This document shows, one piece after another, positions 38,013 to 50,618 of a DNA stretch of 64,000 nucleotides. Location: positions 45,976 through 109,975 of the forward strand of contig JAUCBJ010004912.1 of NCBI GenBank assembly GCA_032718475.1. The letters run 5' to 3'. Under the pieces are notes generated by a model. It did not search any database. It was given only the letters and a program-made list of their open reading frames with translations, and was not told where the DNA came from. The DNA is from Nemertoderma westbladi (taxonomy: Eukaryota; Animalia; Xenacoelomorpha). How positions within the stretch are numbered: position 1 is the first letter of the stretch; each line of letters starts with the position of its first letter. A program made the translations under genes and the position numbers.

Positions 38013-39644
38013 ATCTGCTATATGAGTTTATCAATATTATAATGAGTTTATATTTAGGCTAGCGGGCGTCGCTGCCTACCCCTCTCGGCCCCCGGACAGC
38101 GCAAGATCCTCAGCGCTGGTGTACTTTCGCCGATGTGCCTATCGCCAACGTCGTAGCTGCACAACGACCACAACAACCAGCGCGAGTCACTCCACCGTCC
38201 GTCCCAAAGGCTTAGATTTACTTCAGGTTCTTACTGGAGAGTTAGGGCTACTTTCACAATTGCGACTCGCTACTGTAAACACACTTTAGTAGTAACATTC
38301 ACCTATAAACGCACAAATTCCACACAACTGTCACAAATCGCACACATTCGGGCCATTTGTCCGTTAGTCAGTGCCTTCCAGAATGCCACGTTATTATTGG
38401 GTATCCTGGGATACTAGCAGCGTGCTATTTATTCCTTATGCTCTTCAATGGGCAAGCTTTATTGTTCTTTTAACTCACTTCTAATTCTAGCGTGGTTGTT
38501 GCCATGGTGACATTATGGAAAGCTAGCGGTAGAATTAGGGTAATTCCCATGCATACAGATCTGGGATGCTATTTAATAGTAATTCTTTAATTGTCAATAT
38601 TTCTCTTTATACATGATTTTATGAATTTTATCGGCTATTGACTATATATTGGAGATTCTCGCACACTAATACACTTAATAGAGTGAATCTCCGCTCCCAT
38701 GATCTATTAATTAATGGAATTTTGGGAATGTTATAAATTGTATAAAAATGACAATTTATCAAATTCATTAAAACATGAATTTAAATTTATTCCTGTAAAT
38801 TTTATTATTTAATATGAAATAGACACAATTTTATTCCAGAACATGTCTGGGGACTAGGATCCTTGATTCTAGGAAATTGGTCCTTTTAAGAATATCGGTA
38901 AGTGCTACGATATCTTAATAGACTAGAATTTTAAAGGATCTAAAATTTGACAGATCTTGTAAATATTAATAATTAATATTTAGGATGGGCACCAGTTTAT
39001 TCCAGAACTTGTCTAGGGACGTTAACCACTGATTCTCGAATTTTGTCTTTCAAGTATATCGGTGGGTGCCGCGATATCTTAATCGACTAGAATTACAGAT
39101 GGTCAAAGGGTTTAACAGATTTATTTTGCGTTATACGCTACTGTTAAAGGGACATCATGCTACTATATGTATTATTTAATATAAGGTATGAGAGCAATAT
39201 CGCACGAAGCAATGTCAGTGAGAAGAGGCAAGTCGTTTCCAAGGTCTACCCAGAGCTTGGTTTAGCCGAGACACGAGGATCTGAATTTTGCATTCCTAAT
39301 ACTCTACTTTACCAATAATACTTGAATATAGTAGGAGCTTTATTGTACTTTAATAAGTACGGATATTTCATCTTACTGTAGTTACGTATTTGTAATGTAA
39401 TACGGACAGTAAGGAAAGAGAAAAATAATTATTTCTCGCCGTCGCACTAAATATATAATATATAAGTAATTAAATAATAAACGCAAATATATATTGCACT
39501 AATCTACTAAATAATCGCTAAAATAACATTCTACTAAATAAAATTAAAGAAAACGATTATAATAAAATTACGTAATAATACATACATAAATATAAAATGA
39601 TAAGAATATAAAATAATATGGTCACACACCCACTCCATACGCTA

Positions 39645-42600
39645 CTAAGCTGGGGAGTCCCTAGATGTTTGTTGGATTAGGGAGGTGGTCGTGGGAAGAG
39701 TATCTTGTCTTCCATAGTTTCCGGAGAGTTCTCTGTCTCTTTCCAGTAAACATAAACGACCAACTGGGCGATTGAGCTGCTGTGTCTCGAAGACAATCTC
39801 AGAACTTTGGTCAGTGTCGTTCACATCACTGAATTGGACATGTAGTTCGGAATCACTTACCTGACTCTGGCTGTTTCGCTCAAATTCAGTGTGCAACAAG
39901 ATATGATGTTTCGCACCGCACTTTGCACACCTTGTGTCGGAGTAACAGGTTCGCCGTTGGTGTCCTTGTCTGAGGCAATTATAACACAACCGCTTATCCC
40001 ACATGACTTCCCGTCTCTCCGTTAATGATTTCTTCAGGAATTCATCACACATATTCAAACGGTGGGTCCCGTCACATAGCGCACATTTCGGTTTGATGTT
40101 ACTTACCTTATTTTGAGTAACATTGTGCACACTCGTTCTTTCTTCGGGCTTTCTCACCTGAATTCTCTTAGGAGACGTAGGAGGAGTTTTTCTTACTTGT
40201 TCTCTCCTGTCATTGGTTCGAGACTTGAATTTACTTACCTGTTCTTTAGGCGTTTTATTTACATAATAAGATCTTTCAGTGTCTTTCGCGCTGTCCTCTC
40301 CTTGAGAAGTCTGGCTTTCGCCGGCATCGGTATACCACACTGGTGTTACCTTTCTCCTAGAAACGGGTTTATCACTTACCTTGTTTTCCGGTGTCTTCTC
40401 TCTGGACTGTTTTAGGAGTTGTAATTTCACTTCTCCATCTAAGAATGACATGAGATCAGCCATGGTAGGGTCTCGTCGTTGTTGTTCCATCATATATAAC
40501 ACTTTCTTATCCCAGCGTGTACCTACTCCACCCTTCGGTAAAGTAGAAGCCACGGCTCCAATAACCATAGAACTCTGATATTCATGAGACTTACCTAGCC
40601 AATCTAATTGTCTACAGATCTCTTGAATCTCATCGGAAAACTCTATTATCCCGCTGCTAATGAACTTTCGGGGCGCTACTAATTTTGCATACAAATATTT
40701 AGCTTATGTTATTCCTATTACCATACCTGATGTTTAGTGTATCCCAAACTTGTCTTAATCCGTCTGGATGTCCAATAAATTTTAACGCCATTAACTTGGG
40801 AGATCCTTCCAAGCACTCGATGAGGAATCTAAGTTTCTCTCCATTAGATAGCACGGAGTTCTGTATGTTATCTTTGTAATATTCATTAAAAGGTAACCAT
40901 TTCATCTCATCTCCATTGAACTTGACTATCTCTCCCACCTTTACCGCTTGATGGGCTTCGGTTCTAGCCATTTGACGCGTAAAACTTTCTTGAGCCATCG
41001 TGTTATTTAATCTCAAGTTATCGGTATATAAATTTCTCGGATTATTATCAAGTCTATATGGGATATCATTGTCAACAGGTTTATAATTACCCTTAATAGG
41101 GTTTACTATAGGAGTTTCCACTTTGCTAGCAGTATAGATGCGTGTAGGCTCCACACCTTGCGCATGAAATACTTCAGACCTAACAGGTTGACACATTGTT
41201 ACAGGGGGTGGTGGTATACCCTTTTGTGTATTTACTAATTTATCGCGTTCTAACGCGATACTTTGCTGCACTTCTTGCAACTCTAACCTACTCTCTCTAA
41301 TTGTTCCCTTTAACTGCTGCACAGTCCCCTCCATCTCCTGGACTTGCTGAGAGGAGCGGGAACGGTGTTCCCTCAGCTGCCCGAGCAGGAGACCCATCTC
41401 CCGTCGTCCCTCATCTACCCACTCGACTGCCGAAGCGGGAGGCGCCAACGTTGTAGCGGGCGGACGAGGGACAACGGGCGACAAATCATTAATATTTCGC
41501 TCGGAGTCCAGGACATGAACATTTCAAGGGTGGTTCTGTGGGGCACAGGTAGCTTAGTGCTGTGCAGAGGGAATTTAGAGGTAGGTTCAGGGAGTAAGGT
41601 GTCTCTATCACCGAAGGGGTGGCTTCGAGAACAGGCCTAATTATTTCAGGCTCATCTACTATAGTAGGGAGTCTTTCTATTTTAATTATTTGGTCTGTGG
41701 GTTCTGTACTACCTAAGTCTGTGCTAACTAGTTGCCTTCTAACAGCTGGGGGCAAATCAGGCAATTTCTGACGGTAGGATATTCTTCTACGTCTGCTTAG
41801 GCGAGATCGATTTCCTCCGCCTTCAGGATCGGTGGTATCGCCTTCATCAGATGATGTATATCCCTGTCTTTTGGGAGTAGATCGACTCATCATCTGCATT
41901 TGACTAGCTGTTAACTGTTTATTTATGCAGTCTTGATTCTCTTGAAGATTTTCCAACTCTAGTTGGGTTGTTTCTTCAGATGCCCTCCGTTCTGCTTCTG
42001 CCACTGCCTCTGCCGCTGCCACTACCGCCTTTCTTTCCGCTTCGGCCGCTGCCACTTTTCTTTCCGCTTCTGCCGCTGCTACTGCTGCTGCCGCTTTTCT
42101 TTCCGCTTCTGCCGCTGCTACTGCTGCTGCCACTGCCGCTGTCTTTCTGTCTTCTATACGTTTTTTCTTTACTTGTTCTTCTTGGACTCTAGCGATGCGG
42201 AGGCGTTCATCAAATTTAGCTTGGTTCGCAGCTCTCATATCCGCATCGATTGCGTCCAACACAAGCTTGGCTCCTTCACTATTAGGGCTAAGTCCATCCA
42301 GCCGTCTCCTCAACTCTTCGTCACCTACAAAGCGTTGATAGTCTGACAGATAGATGTCAATAGCATCCCTCTTATGCGGTTTCTCTGCTGTCGCTTCACT
42401 TTCCACTTGGGAAAAGGTAGCGTCTGTTGATTCTCCAAGGGTTGAGCGCTCATCTAACTGAGATTTCCACGGGGCAGTTCTTTGAACTTGGAGACTCACC
42501 CGCTGTAACCAAGTCTTTACAGCAACTTGCAACGACGTGTCTTGTCTTCTTTTCGAAGCTTCCTCAAAGGCCGATAGGATTAGTCTGATTCTTAGAATTC

Positions 42601-43318
42601 TTTCTCGAACTTGATAAAGCAGCTCTCCCTGCTCTTGAGGTCCTTGTGGTTGTCTAAACAATTGTTCCTCTAATCGCTCCATGGAGCTGAAGAATCCCTG
42701 TACGTATCCGGCTGCTGACCTCTTCCACACAGCTGGATCGCTGGTTTCCTTTGTCACTCCCATCCTGTGTATGTCTTCCCAGGCAGCTTCTGATAAATCA
42801 AACGGGAGTCCGGGTCCGGGGAAGTTCCATTGCGACTCGACAATAGACTTCAGTTCTTCCCTTGTATATCCCGCATAACTATCCTTGGTCGATCGCTTAC
42901 TTCTCGCCCAATCAATCTGGTGTTCCTCCACCGCAATCAATACCCTAGTGAGTACGGCTGCAGGAAGGATGAGAAGGGGATCCGAATAAACCGCATCTGC
43001 CATCTTTGCTCCGCACTCGGGTGTCAGCTCTACAGTATCCGCACTACTGGAGCTGCCGGGCCGCTGAGAAATAAGTTCTCGGCTCGCGGGTTGTTGCTGT
43101 TCCGCTGCTTCTTGGTCCCGCTTGACCTGAGCTCGAGTGCCTATGATAGACCTACGATGTTGGACTAGCCTAGGGTCTGATATTACTACTGGGGGAATGA
43201 TCTTTCTTACAGTAGGAGGTGAGTTGAACTTCGGTCTCACACGTTCCACACTCCTGTCTGGGTCACAGATGGTCGTATCTAGGAGACTGTCTGACAGGCT
43301 TTGCTTTGTGTCAGACAT
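39645..43318 (-). pseudogene. gag: BEL/Pao gag (about 1220 codons, two frameshifts) ending in a Pol C-terminal motif
   Basis: DUF1759-like KFNGDEMKWLPF...EKLRFLIECLEG...LNIRYG; three Cys/His fingers CALCDGTH, CYNCLRQGH..C, CAKCGAKHHILLH; then RPVGRLCLLE. Confidence 0.88.
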
Positions 43319-44671
43319 GTTTGTTTGTACAGTTGAATGCCTACTGCTATATTACAGTTAAAGCAAGTCTAGTAATTCAGTATCACTGTTAGCTTAGCAA
43401 TTGATTACCGATACTGCTACTCAGTGTAGCATGATATATACATAATATATTAGAATACCGGTATGCTTATAGTATATATATAAGTATTATTACAGACTAG
43501 GTTTGTCACAGAATACCGGTATATAATTTCAGCAAAAATATATAAATATATAATAGGCCTATCGTGAATACCGGTATACAGCTTATACTTATAATGTATA
43601 TATATAAGTATAATTACAGACTAGAATTAATTACAGAATACCGGTATATAATTTAGCCTAAATTTATAGAAATAAATATAATAAGCCTATCGTGAATACC
43701 GGTATGCCAATTATTTTAAATAATTGAATTTCTGAATTTTTAGGGGTTACTTGGTTACTTTACTTACTTTATTACCGTTATTTGAGCAGTAGTCCAACTG
43801 ATATTGAGACCTAATTGTTGTATGGCAGGCCTACTATTAATAAATCGTTTGAGTTGATTTATAATATATATACCTGTTTAATGGGTTTTTGTCAATATTT
43901 GAAATAAATGTTATTATTTCTGGGGGGAGTCACTACATAGAAGCTGTGCGCTCTCAGTGAAGTGCTACTTGTTGGACACTAAAACAAATAATTCTAATTT
44001 ACCTAAGTTACTTAATACTACAAATTACATACAATTCGGGGTGAGATTACAATCTCTAAATAAACACAAAAATTACAAGTACGAAATTTTAGGGTAATTT
44101 TACAAGAAGTCTACAAACCAGCCTAACAAGGGGTTAGAATATCTGGTTATTACAAACGGACAGGGTACTACGGTATTTGAAAATAATAAGTAGTAGTAAA
44201 TATACTGCGTTGTCCAGATAGGAAAATACCACCGTCTGACGACTTATAGCCGTATCGCTATAAGTACTACGTTATGTATCACGGAGTGTTCCTACCTATA
44301 AGTTAATTACCGCGGTCTACCAGAACCAACGTGCCTATTAACCACTTTACAACACAAATATACTGCCCACACACTAATCACCTTCGGAAAGCACTGTACA
44401 CTAAACCCTAAATTAGGGTACTAAGTACTTAGTACCTAAGTACTTATACAACAAATAATCAGTAGTTAAAAATACTTGAACAGCTAAAAGAACCACGGTA
44501 TCTGCTGGAGTGACTGGGGCACAAAATCACCAGTCTTTACCTACGCCAAGCAGCCCTGATGTAGTACCGGGGTTAGTTTAACTATAACGGTATATATAAC
44601 AAGCACAATTACTGTAGGAATAAACTTGGGGATATGAATGTTGCGAATAATCGCATAAACTCTGAATAATA

Positions 44672-45242
44672 AATATTACGCTACGCGTACAGACTACTCA
44701 AACAAAATGCAGACCAAATACTGACAGACTACTATCAAGCCTAAACAAACTATGGTATATGCAGACTCCGAAATGGTTAGTTAGTATGCGTTCTAACCGA
44801 GTAGTACGACTTATTCTTTCGAGGGGGTTTACCTCACAGCACTGGAAGCCCCTACGTTCCCAACTGGCACTTTATCGGACATACACTCTACATACACCGA
44901 AATCTCTTCAGACCTAACAACAGCCAGGCAAAATCCAGCCTACAAATTATCTAAATAAGAATATTACGCTACCCGTACAGACTACACAAACAAAGTACAG
45001 ACCAAACGCTGGCAGACTACTATCAAGCCTAAATACACTACAGTATATGCAGACTCCGAAATGGTTAGTTAGTATGCGTTCTAACCGAGTAGTACGACTT
45101 ATTCTTTCGAGGGGGTTTACCTCACAGCACTGGAAGCCCGTACTTTCCTAACTAGTACTTTTTCGGACATACGCTCTACACACACTACAGTCCCTTCAGA
45201 CTTAACAACAGTCAGACAACAGTCCAGCCTACAAATTATCTG
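44672..45242. repeat. 288-bp tandem duplication in the BEL 5' leader
   Basis: aatattacgcta... begins at 44672 and again at 44960. Confidence 0.9.
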
Positions 45243-45520
45243 TACAATCTGAGCAGACTTACACGCCTTCTGCTCAATATTGGCCTACAAATAAATAAAA
45301 CTGACAGAAATAAGTAAAATCTCAATAAAAAACCAGGGCGGGCCCTCCCTGATTCAATATTGAGGCCTACCGGTATATAACTATGAAATCAAATAATACT
45401 GCTGTACCTGTACTGCTGTAGGTACCGGTCCGGGTGGTTAGTTAGTCAGGCCTACTAGGTACCGGTTGACCGGTACTTCAGCTTTATTGCCTACTGCAAT
45501 ACAGAAGCTATATCTGTTAT

Positions 45521-46732
45521 TGTTCGCGCTTTCAGACCTTTAGCAGTTTAACCTGCCAAATTGGGATGTCTTCTAGATAATAAATTGTCTTTAGCCTTTG
45601 ACGAGTATTTGATACACCACATTAGCCGAAGCCAGTCTATGCGCGACCATTCACCCGCTGGATATACCCGGGAGACTGGATTCGGAAGCCTAACCTTATT
45701 GCGGTGTAGGCCTACTGTATTATTCGACTGATCGTAATATATAATCTCTGACAAATATTATTCACTTTCGGGAAATATTAACAGTTCCTTTAGGACGTGG
45801 CGCTCTAAATATGTAAACAGAGTTATGACTTAAACTAGACACAACGGGATGGCTATAGATTCACGTATATGGCGCATTCTTTAGGAGATGCTTTGTTATC
45901 AGTCACAATCATACACAATACTGCACAATGCTGCACACCGATCTGCCGACCTTCACTAATTTTAGTCACATATAAAGAGAACAACAACCAATACATGTAG
46001 TGCCTATGAAATAGCATTAGATTCACTTCAAAACCACTTTAATGTAAGTCGCAATCGTTATATGTAACCGGTCTCTCTTACCTTCAGTATATCACGAAGA
46101 TTGAGGGTTTTAGGATTAATTTATCGATATTATCCAATATAATAATATTCCATCAACTGATATAATGAATAACCGACAGTAAATAGCAGTAAATGTTAAG
46201 GTATGAATGGTTATGATATGTTATGAATTGATATGATAACAGATATACGTTCTATAATTAAGCCTACTAATGTTGGGCTAAAGACTGAAAACACAGAGAT
46301 TTCAAAGCCGGTCTTCTAGGCTCGGGAAAACCAACACAACTGAACCCTCTGGGCTGTTGTAGGTATCTTTCAACACAAAGAGAAACAGCTCTCATTGGCC
46401 GAGTTCCAGATTCTGTAGGTTCCACGAATGTCTAAATGCCGAACTATTCGGGTTTTTGCAGCCCATATTCAACACAAGGCGAAATCGCTCTGATTGGTGG
46501 ATCATTGTTCTGATTGGTTGATCGAACAGAACAAAGAGCCTATAGGCGTACAGCAAATCGGTTGGTAGATTGCGTCAATTGAGTTAGGTAGCTTAGAGTA
46601 TTTGAGCGCATTGTGGTAAAACTGGCTTTTTATGTCCGCTAAAGCACACATGCAGACACAGCGGATAAATCGCTAGTTATGTCCTCTAAAAGCGGAGAAA
46701 AGGGCCAGTTATATCCCGCAAAAGCTTTTACA
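45521..46732 (-). repeat. 5' LTR of BEL element (1212 bp)
   Basis: Direct repeat of 35339-36569, followed by TSD agatc. Confidence 0.97.
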
Positions 46733-46867
46733 AGATCGGTCATCGGTACGCAACACGCTGTCCTGTACCGGTACTACACAGACAGACCTATACTTCTATC
46801 TGGTAGTTGGCAGTGCCGCCAGTACCAGGGATGGCAGATAGACGGGCAGGGCCTAAACCGGCTGGCG

Positions 46868-47085
46868 CAATTTAAAGCATCCGTCGGAAGTCTAATATTA
46901 CGCAATTGCTGATCCAAGTTAGATTTATAATTGTCTATCATTTCCGGAGTCACTTTATTCCACAAGGGGCGACTACTTTTCGTCATAGACTCAGTACTAT
47001 TCGCATTAGAGTTACCAGTATTATAACCACTGTTAATGCTACAATTAATATCTACTACGTGTATAACTGGGATGTGATCTTCAAA
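46868..47085 (-). mobile_element. LINE fragment (APE end and linker), 5' half of the host LINE
   Basis: EDHIPV; RPLWNKVTPEMIDNYKSNLDQQLRNIRLPTDALNC. Confidence 0.75.
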
Positions 47086-47586
47086 GGATAGTTCATTCCC
47101 AGTTGTAATATTTTCTACCGAAATTTTTAAACGAAATTTTTTTTTTCTCCAAACAAACTACATGATCAAGCCAAGACTTAGAACTGTAAGTAGGATTAAC
47201 ATACGTATAAGTATCTGGAGATAGCATAATTGTATCTATAATATATAAATTATTATCAGCACAAAAATCAGATAAATCTTTATAAAAGGAGCGATGTGGA
47301 TCTGCATTAAAATCTCCAATTATACAAACTTAGAGCTTATATTCTTAGCTTATATGCTTAATGAAACACAGTACAATACACTATAATATCGATAGAACGC
47401 TGCCAACGCACAGTACACGTGGGATCTAAGTTCGCTTCTCCTCTAGCGTGTGCTAAGGAAATTGTATAAATTTGGGATCTAAGTCCACCTAAGATCTAAG
47501 TTCGCTTTGCTTTCAACGTGGGATCTAAGTTCGCTTCGCGACTACTGTAGCATGATGATTACAAAAGGCTTTTAATAGCAAAATTG

Positions 47587-48580
47587 AGATCTAAGCTCAC
47601 CTAGTTAGGATCTAAGTTCACCCAGATAGGATCTAAGTTCACCTAGTTAGGTTCTAAGTTCACCTAGTTAGGATCTAAGTTCACCCAGGTAGGATCTAAG
47701 TTCACCTAGTTAGGATCTAAGTTCACCCAGTTAGGATATAAGTTCACAAAGTTAGGACCTAAGTTCACCTATTTAGGATCTAAGTTCACCCAGGTAGGAT
47801 CTAAGTTCACCTAGTTAGGATCTAAGTTCACCCAGGTAGGATCTAAGTTCACCTAGTTATGATCTAAGTTCACCCAGTTAGGATATAAGTTCACAAAGTT
47901 AGGACCTAAGTTCACCTAGTTAGGATATAAGTTCACCTAGTTAGGATCTAAGTTCACCCAGTTAGGATATAAGTTCACAAAGTTAGGACCTACGTTCACC
48001 TAGTTAGGATCTAAGTTCAGCCAGGTAGGATCTAAGCTCACCTAGTTAGGATCTAAGTTCACCTAGTTAGGATCTAAGTTCACCCAGGTAGGATCTAAGT
48101 TCACCTAGTTAGGATCTAAGTTCATCCAGTTAGGATATAAGTTCACAAAGTTAGGACCTAAGTTCACCTAGTTAGGACCTAAGTTCACCTAGTTAGGACC
48201 TAAGTTCACCTAGTTAGGATCTAAGTTCACCTAGTTAGGATCTAAGTTTACCTAGTTAGAATCTAAGTTCACTCAGGTAGGATCTAAGTTCACCTAGTTA
48301 GGATCTAAGTTCACCCAGTTAGGATATAAGTTCACAAAGTTAGGACCTAAGTTCACCTAGTTAGGATCTAAGTTCACCTAGTTAGAATCTAAGTTCACCC
48401 AGTTAGGATCTAAGTTCACCCAGTTAGGACCTAAGTGCACCTAGTTAGGATCTAAGCTCACCTAGTTAGGACCTAAGTTCACCTAGTTAGGATCTAAGTT
48501 CACCCAGGTAGGATCTAAGCTCACCTAGTTAGGATCTAAGTTCACCTAGTTAGGATCTAAGTTCGGAAAGATCTAAGTTC
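47587..48580. repeat. 21-bp minisatellite (about 46 copies)
   Basis: aggatctaagttcacctagtt and variants; isolated monomers at 47421-47532. Confidence 0.97.
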
Positions 48581-48674
48581 ATAAAAGTCAGGCTTTTACC
48601 GTGTGTTACACGCGCGTTTCATAGTGCCTTTTATTATGCGGAAAAAGAAATGTGACGGTGTGAAACACTCTAAA

Positions 48675-49100
48675 GTTTGATGATGTTGAGGAAGTTCTTA
48701 GTTCTTTGAGAATCTCTAGAGGGTGCCAAAAGGTCACAGTTTTGACTAAACTTTGAAAGCCATCAGGAAATATCTCATCGCATGAGGATAAGCTCCAAGA
48801 TATGTGGTTGACGTCTGCGTACTTGTGATCAAGGATCTGGAAGTCAGTAGAAGGAAGTTCACCTTCCGATACTTTAGGGGAAGGAAGGTGTATGGGGAGC
48901 ATTGAAACGTGAGATTTGGCGGTCCGGGATTTGTTAGTCCACATTTTCCCGTCGTTCCAACCTCATGTGCTTTGGTGGCCTCATGCTTTGGCGGAGAAGC
49001 ATGGTGGGTCTTAAAGATGCGGATGATCTAGCAAATTTCATGAGTGATAGGAAGTTGTGGCGGCGCAATTTTGTTGACAAGCCGGGATAGCATACAGACA
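48675..49100 (+). mobile_element. Decayed RTE-type LINE fragment
   Basis: Reverse-complement similarity to 21380-21460 and 21840-22120 (gagaatctctagagggtgcc; gatgcggatgatctagcaaat...ttttgttgacaagccg). Confidence 0.7.
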
Positions 49101-49639
49101 GCGTATATAATGCAACTGCAATGCGGAGTATGTCAACAATAGTAGTAGAGTACTGTTTATAAAGTTATATCTAATGGAACGCAAATTACAGTACAATGTG
49201 AATGTTCTCTTCTCAAAATTACAAGTTCGCTTCTTTCTCCACTTCCCATGCCCATCATGGCGATTACCAAAGATTATTTGCATAAACCGGGATCTACACG
49301 GGGATCGCTTAATTTGGATCTATTTTCGCATATTCAAGGCATACAGTAAGACTGCAAGGATCTAAGATCATCTAAGAGCTAAGAAATCAGGCGTGGCAGG
49401 ATCTAAGTTTACATTATGGGAGTCCTTGTATCAGGCTATGCATGCTATGCCTATGGCTGTACCAAGGCCATGTAAATAACAGGCCATGACAAGGACCTAG
49501 CCTGCACAATTATCGTAGGCTGACTGTTGAATTATCAAATATTATTATATTTTTCACGAATGCAGGGTCCATATTTAAAAGAAGATAACTAGATTTTCGT
49601 AAAGAATGTAATTGAAACAGTATTTAATAATTAATTAAT

Positions 49640-50040
49640 TAATTATCACCGAAGCTTTGCTCGAGTTCCTGCAGCTATTACGATTTTGTTTGTTTGTGGC
49701 GTCCTGGCTATGTATATGGCGGGAATGTTTGAACGCTAATAAGTCGGTCAATCATATGGATTAAATGGAACCAAACTTTGGTACACATGTAATCTATCAA
49801 ATGTTTAGAAATTATACACACAGACAGACTTATACAGTTCCTCTGTCTGCCGCTAGGGGGGCGAAGGTACAGAAACGTAAAATTAGCTGTAATTATAGAA
49901 TCAACCATCAGATTCATCTGAAATCTGGTAGCAATAACCTACGAGCAATGCATAATTAGAAATTCTGCTCACAGACAGACCTTTACAGTTCCTCTCTGCC
50001 GCTAGGGGGCGAATTATTAGAGCTCCACTTCATAGTGCTG
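49640..50040. mobile_element. Probable non-autonomous Helentron/DINE-like repeat with two CTCF-like motifs
   Basis: ttatcaccg start, (gttt)n tract, caaactttggtacac block, duplicated cacagacagac...ccgctagggggcg module. Confidence 0.4.
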
Positions 50041-50618
50041 AGCACGGTTTATAAACAATAAAATTCTAAATTAATTATTTATTCATTACAGTAATTATAT
50101 AACAGTAAATTCAATGTATTCTATTTTCTAATGAAATCAAATACCAAAAATATAAATATAATATATATAATAGGTAATATTAATATAATATTAATTAATT
50201 TTAATTAATAATAATATTGGTAATAACAATAAATAATAATAATAATAATAAATAAAAATAATAATAAAAAATAAATAATAATATAATTGGTAATACTTGA
50301 TGGTATTTTTTGGTGTCACATGTGGTGCTGCACCAAAATTAAAAATTTTTAAATTTTGTGTGAAAAAGTTTTCAGAACTCGAGAACGAAACAACTTATCG
50401 AATAACTGATTTCAGTCACTGACTATTTTTCATAATATAAGTATCATCATCGTGGTCTCTTTGAATACTACCTGGAATTTTCAGTCCAATATACCCTGAA
50501 ACATATGTCAGTAAAACAAGACCCCCTTTCACTTCAATTCAGTGTTCAATTCAGATTGTGCGTTACGCGTTAATTACTTCATCAATGTCGACTTCCTCAA
50601 CCAGACATCCTCAGCCGG

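Larger units (their letters stand above)
35339..46732 (-). mobile_element. BEL/Pao LTR retrotransposon, 11.4 kb, non-autonomous (pol deleted)
   Basis: TG...CA LTRs 35339-36569 and 45521-46732 (about 12 substitutions plus one 19-bp indel). Perfect 5-bp TSD agatc. PPT-like gggagcgg before the 3' LTR. BEL-type Gag. Confidence 0.95.
32064..46867 (-). mobile_element. Gypsy-type LTR element (gag, PR, RT, RH); integrase and most of 3' LTR deleted; 5' LTR split by BEL element
   Basis: 5' LTR = 46867-46738 plus 35338-35207. PBS tggtgtca follows. 3' LTR remnant 32064-~32086. Flanked by caa on both sides. Confidence 0.88.

Noticed and set aside
44800-44850. Hammerhead-like ctgtgag...cgaaa on the minus strand of the BEL leader (also ctgatga at 8381)
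   Set aside because: The core is incomplete and stems II/III are not convincing.
48606-48944. 112-aa minus-strand ORF as a host exon
   Set aside because: It is the antisense of a decayed RTE fragment.
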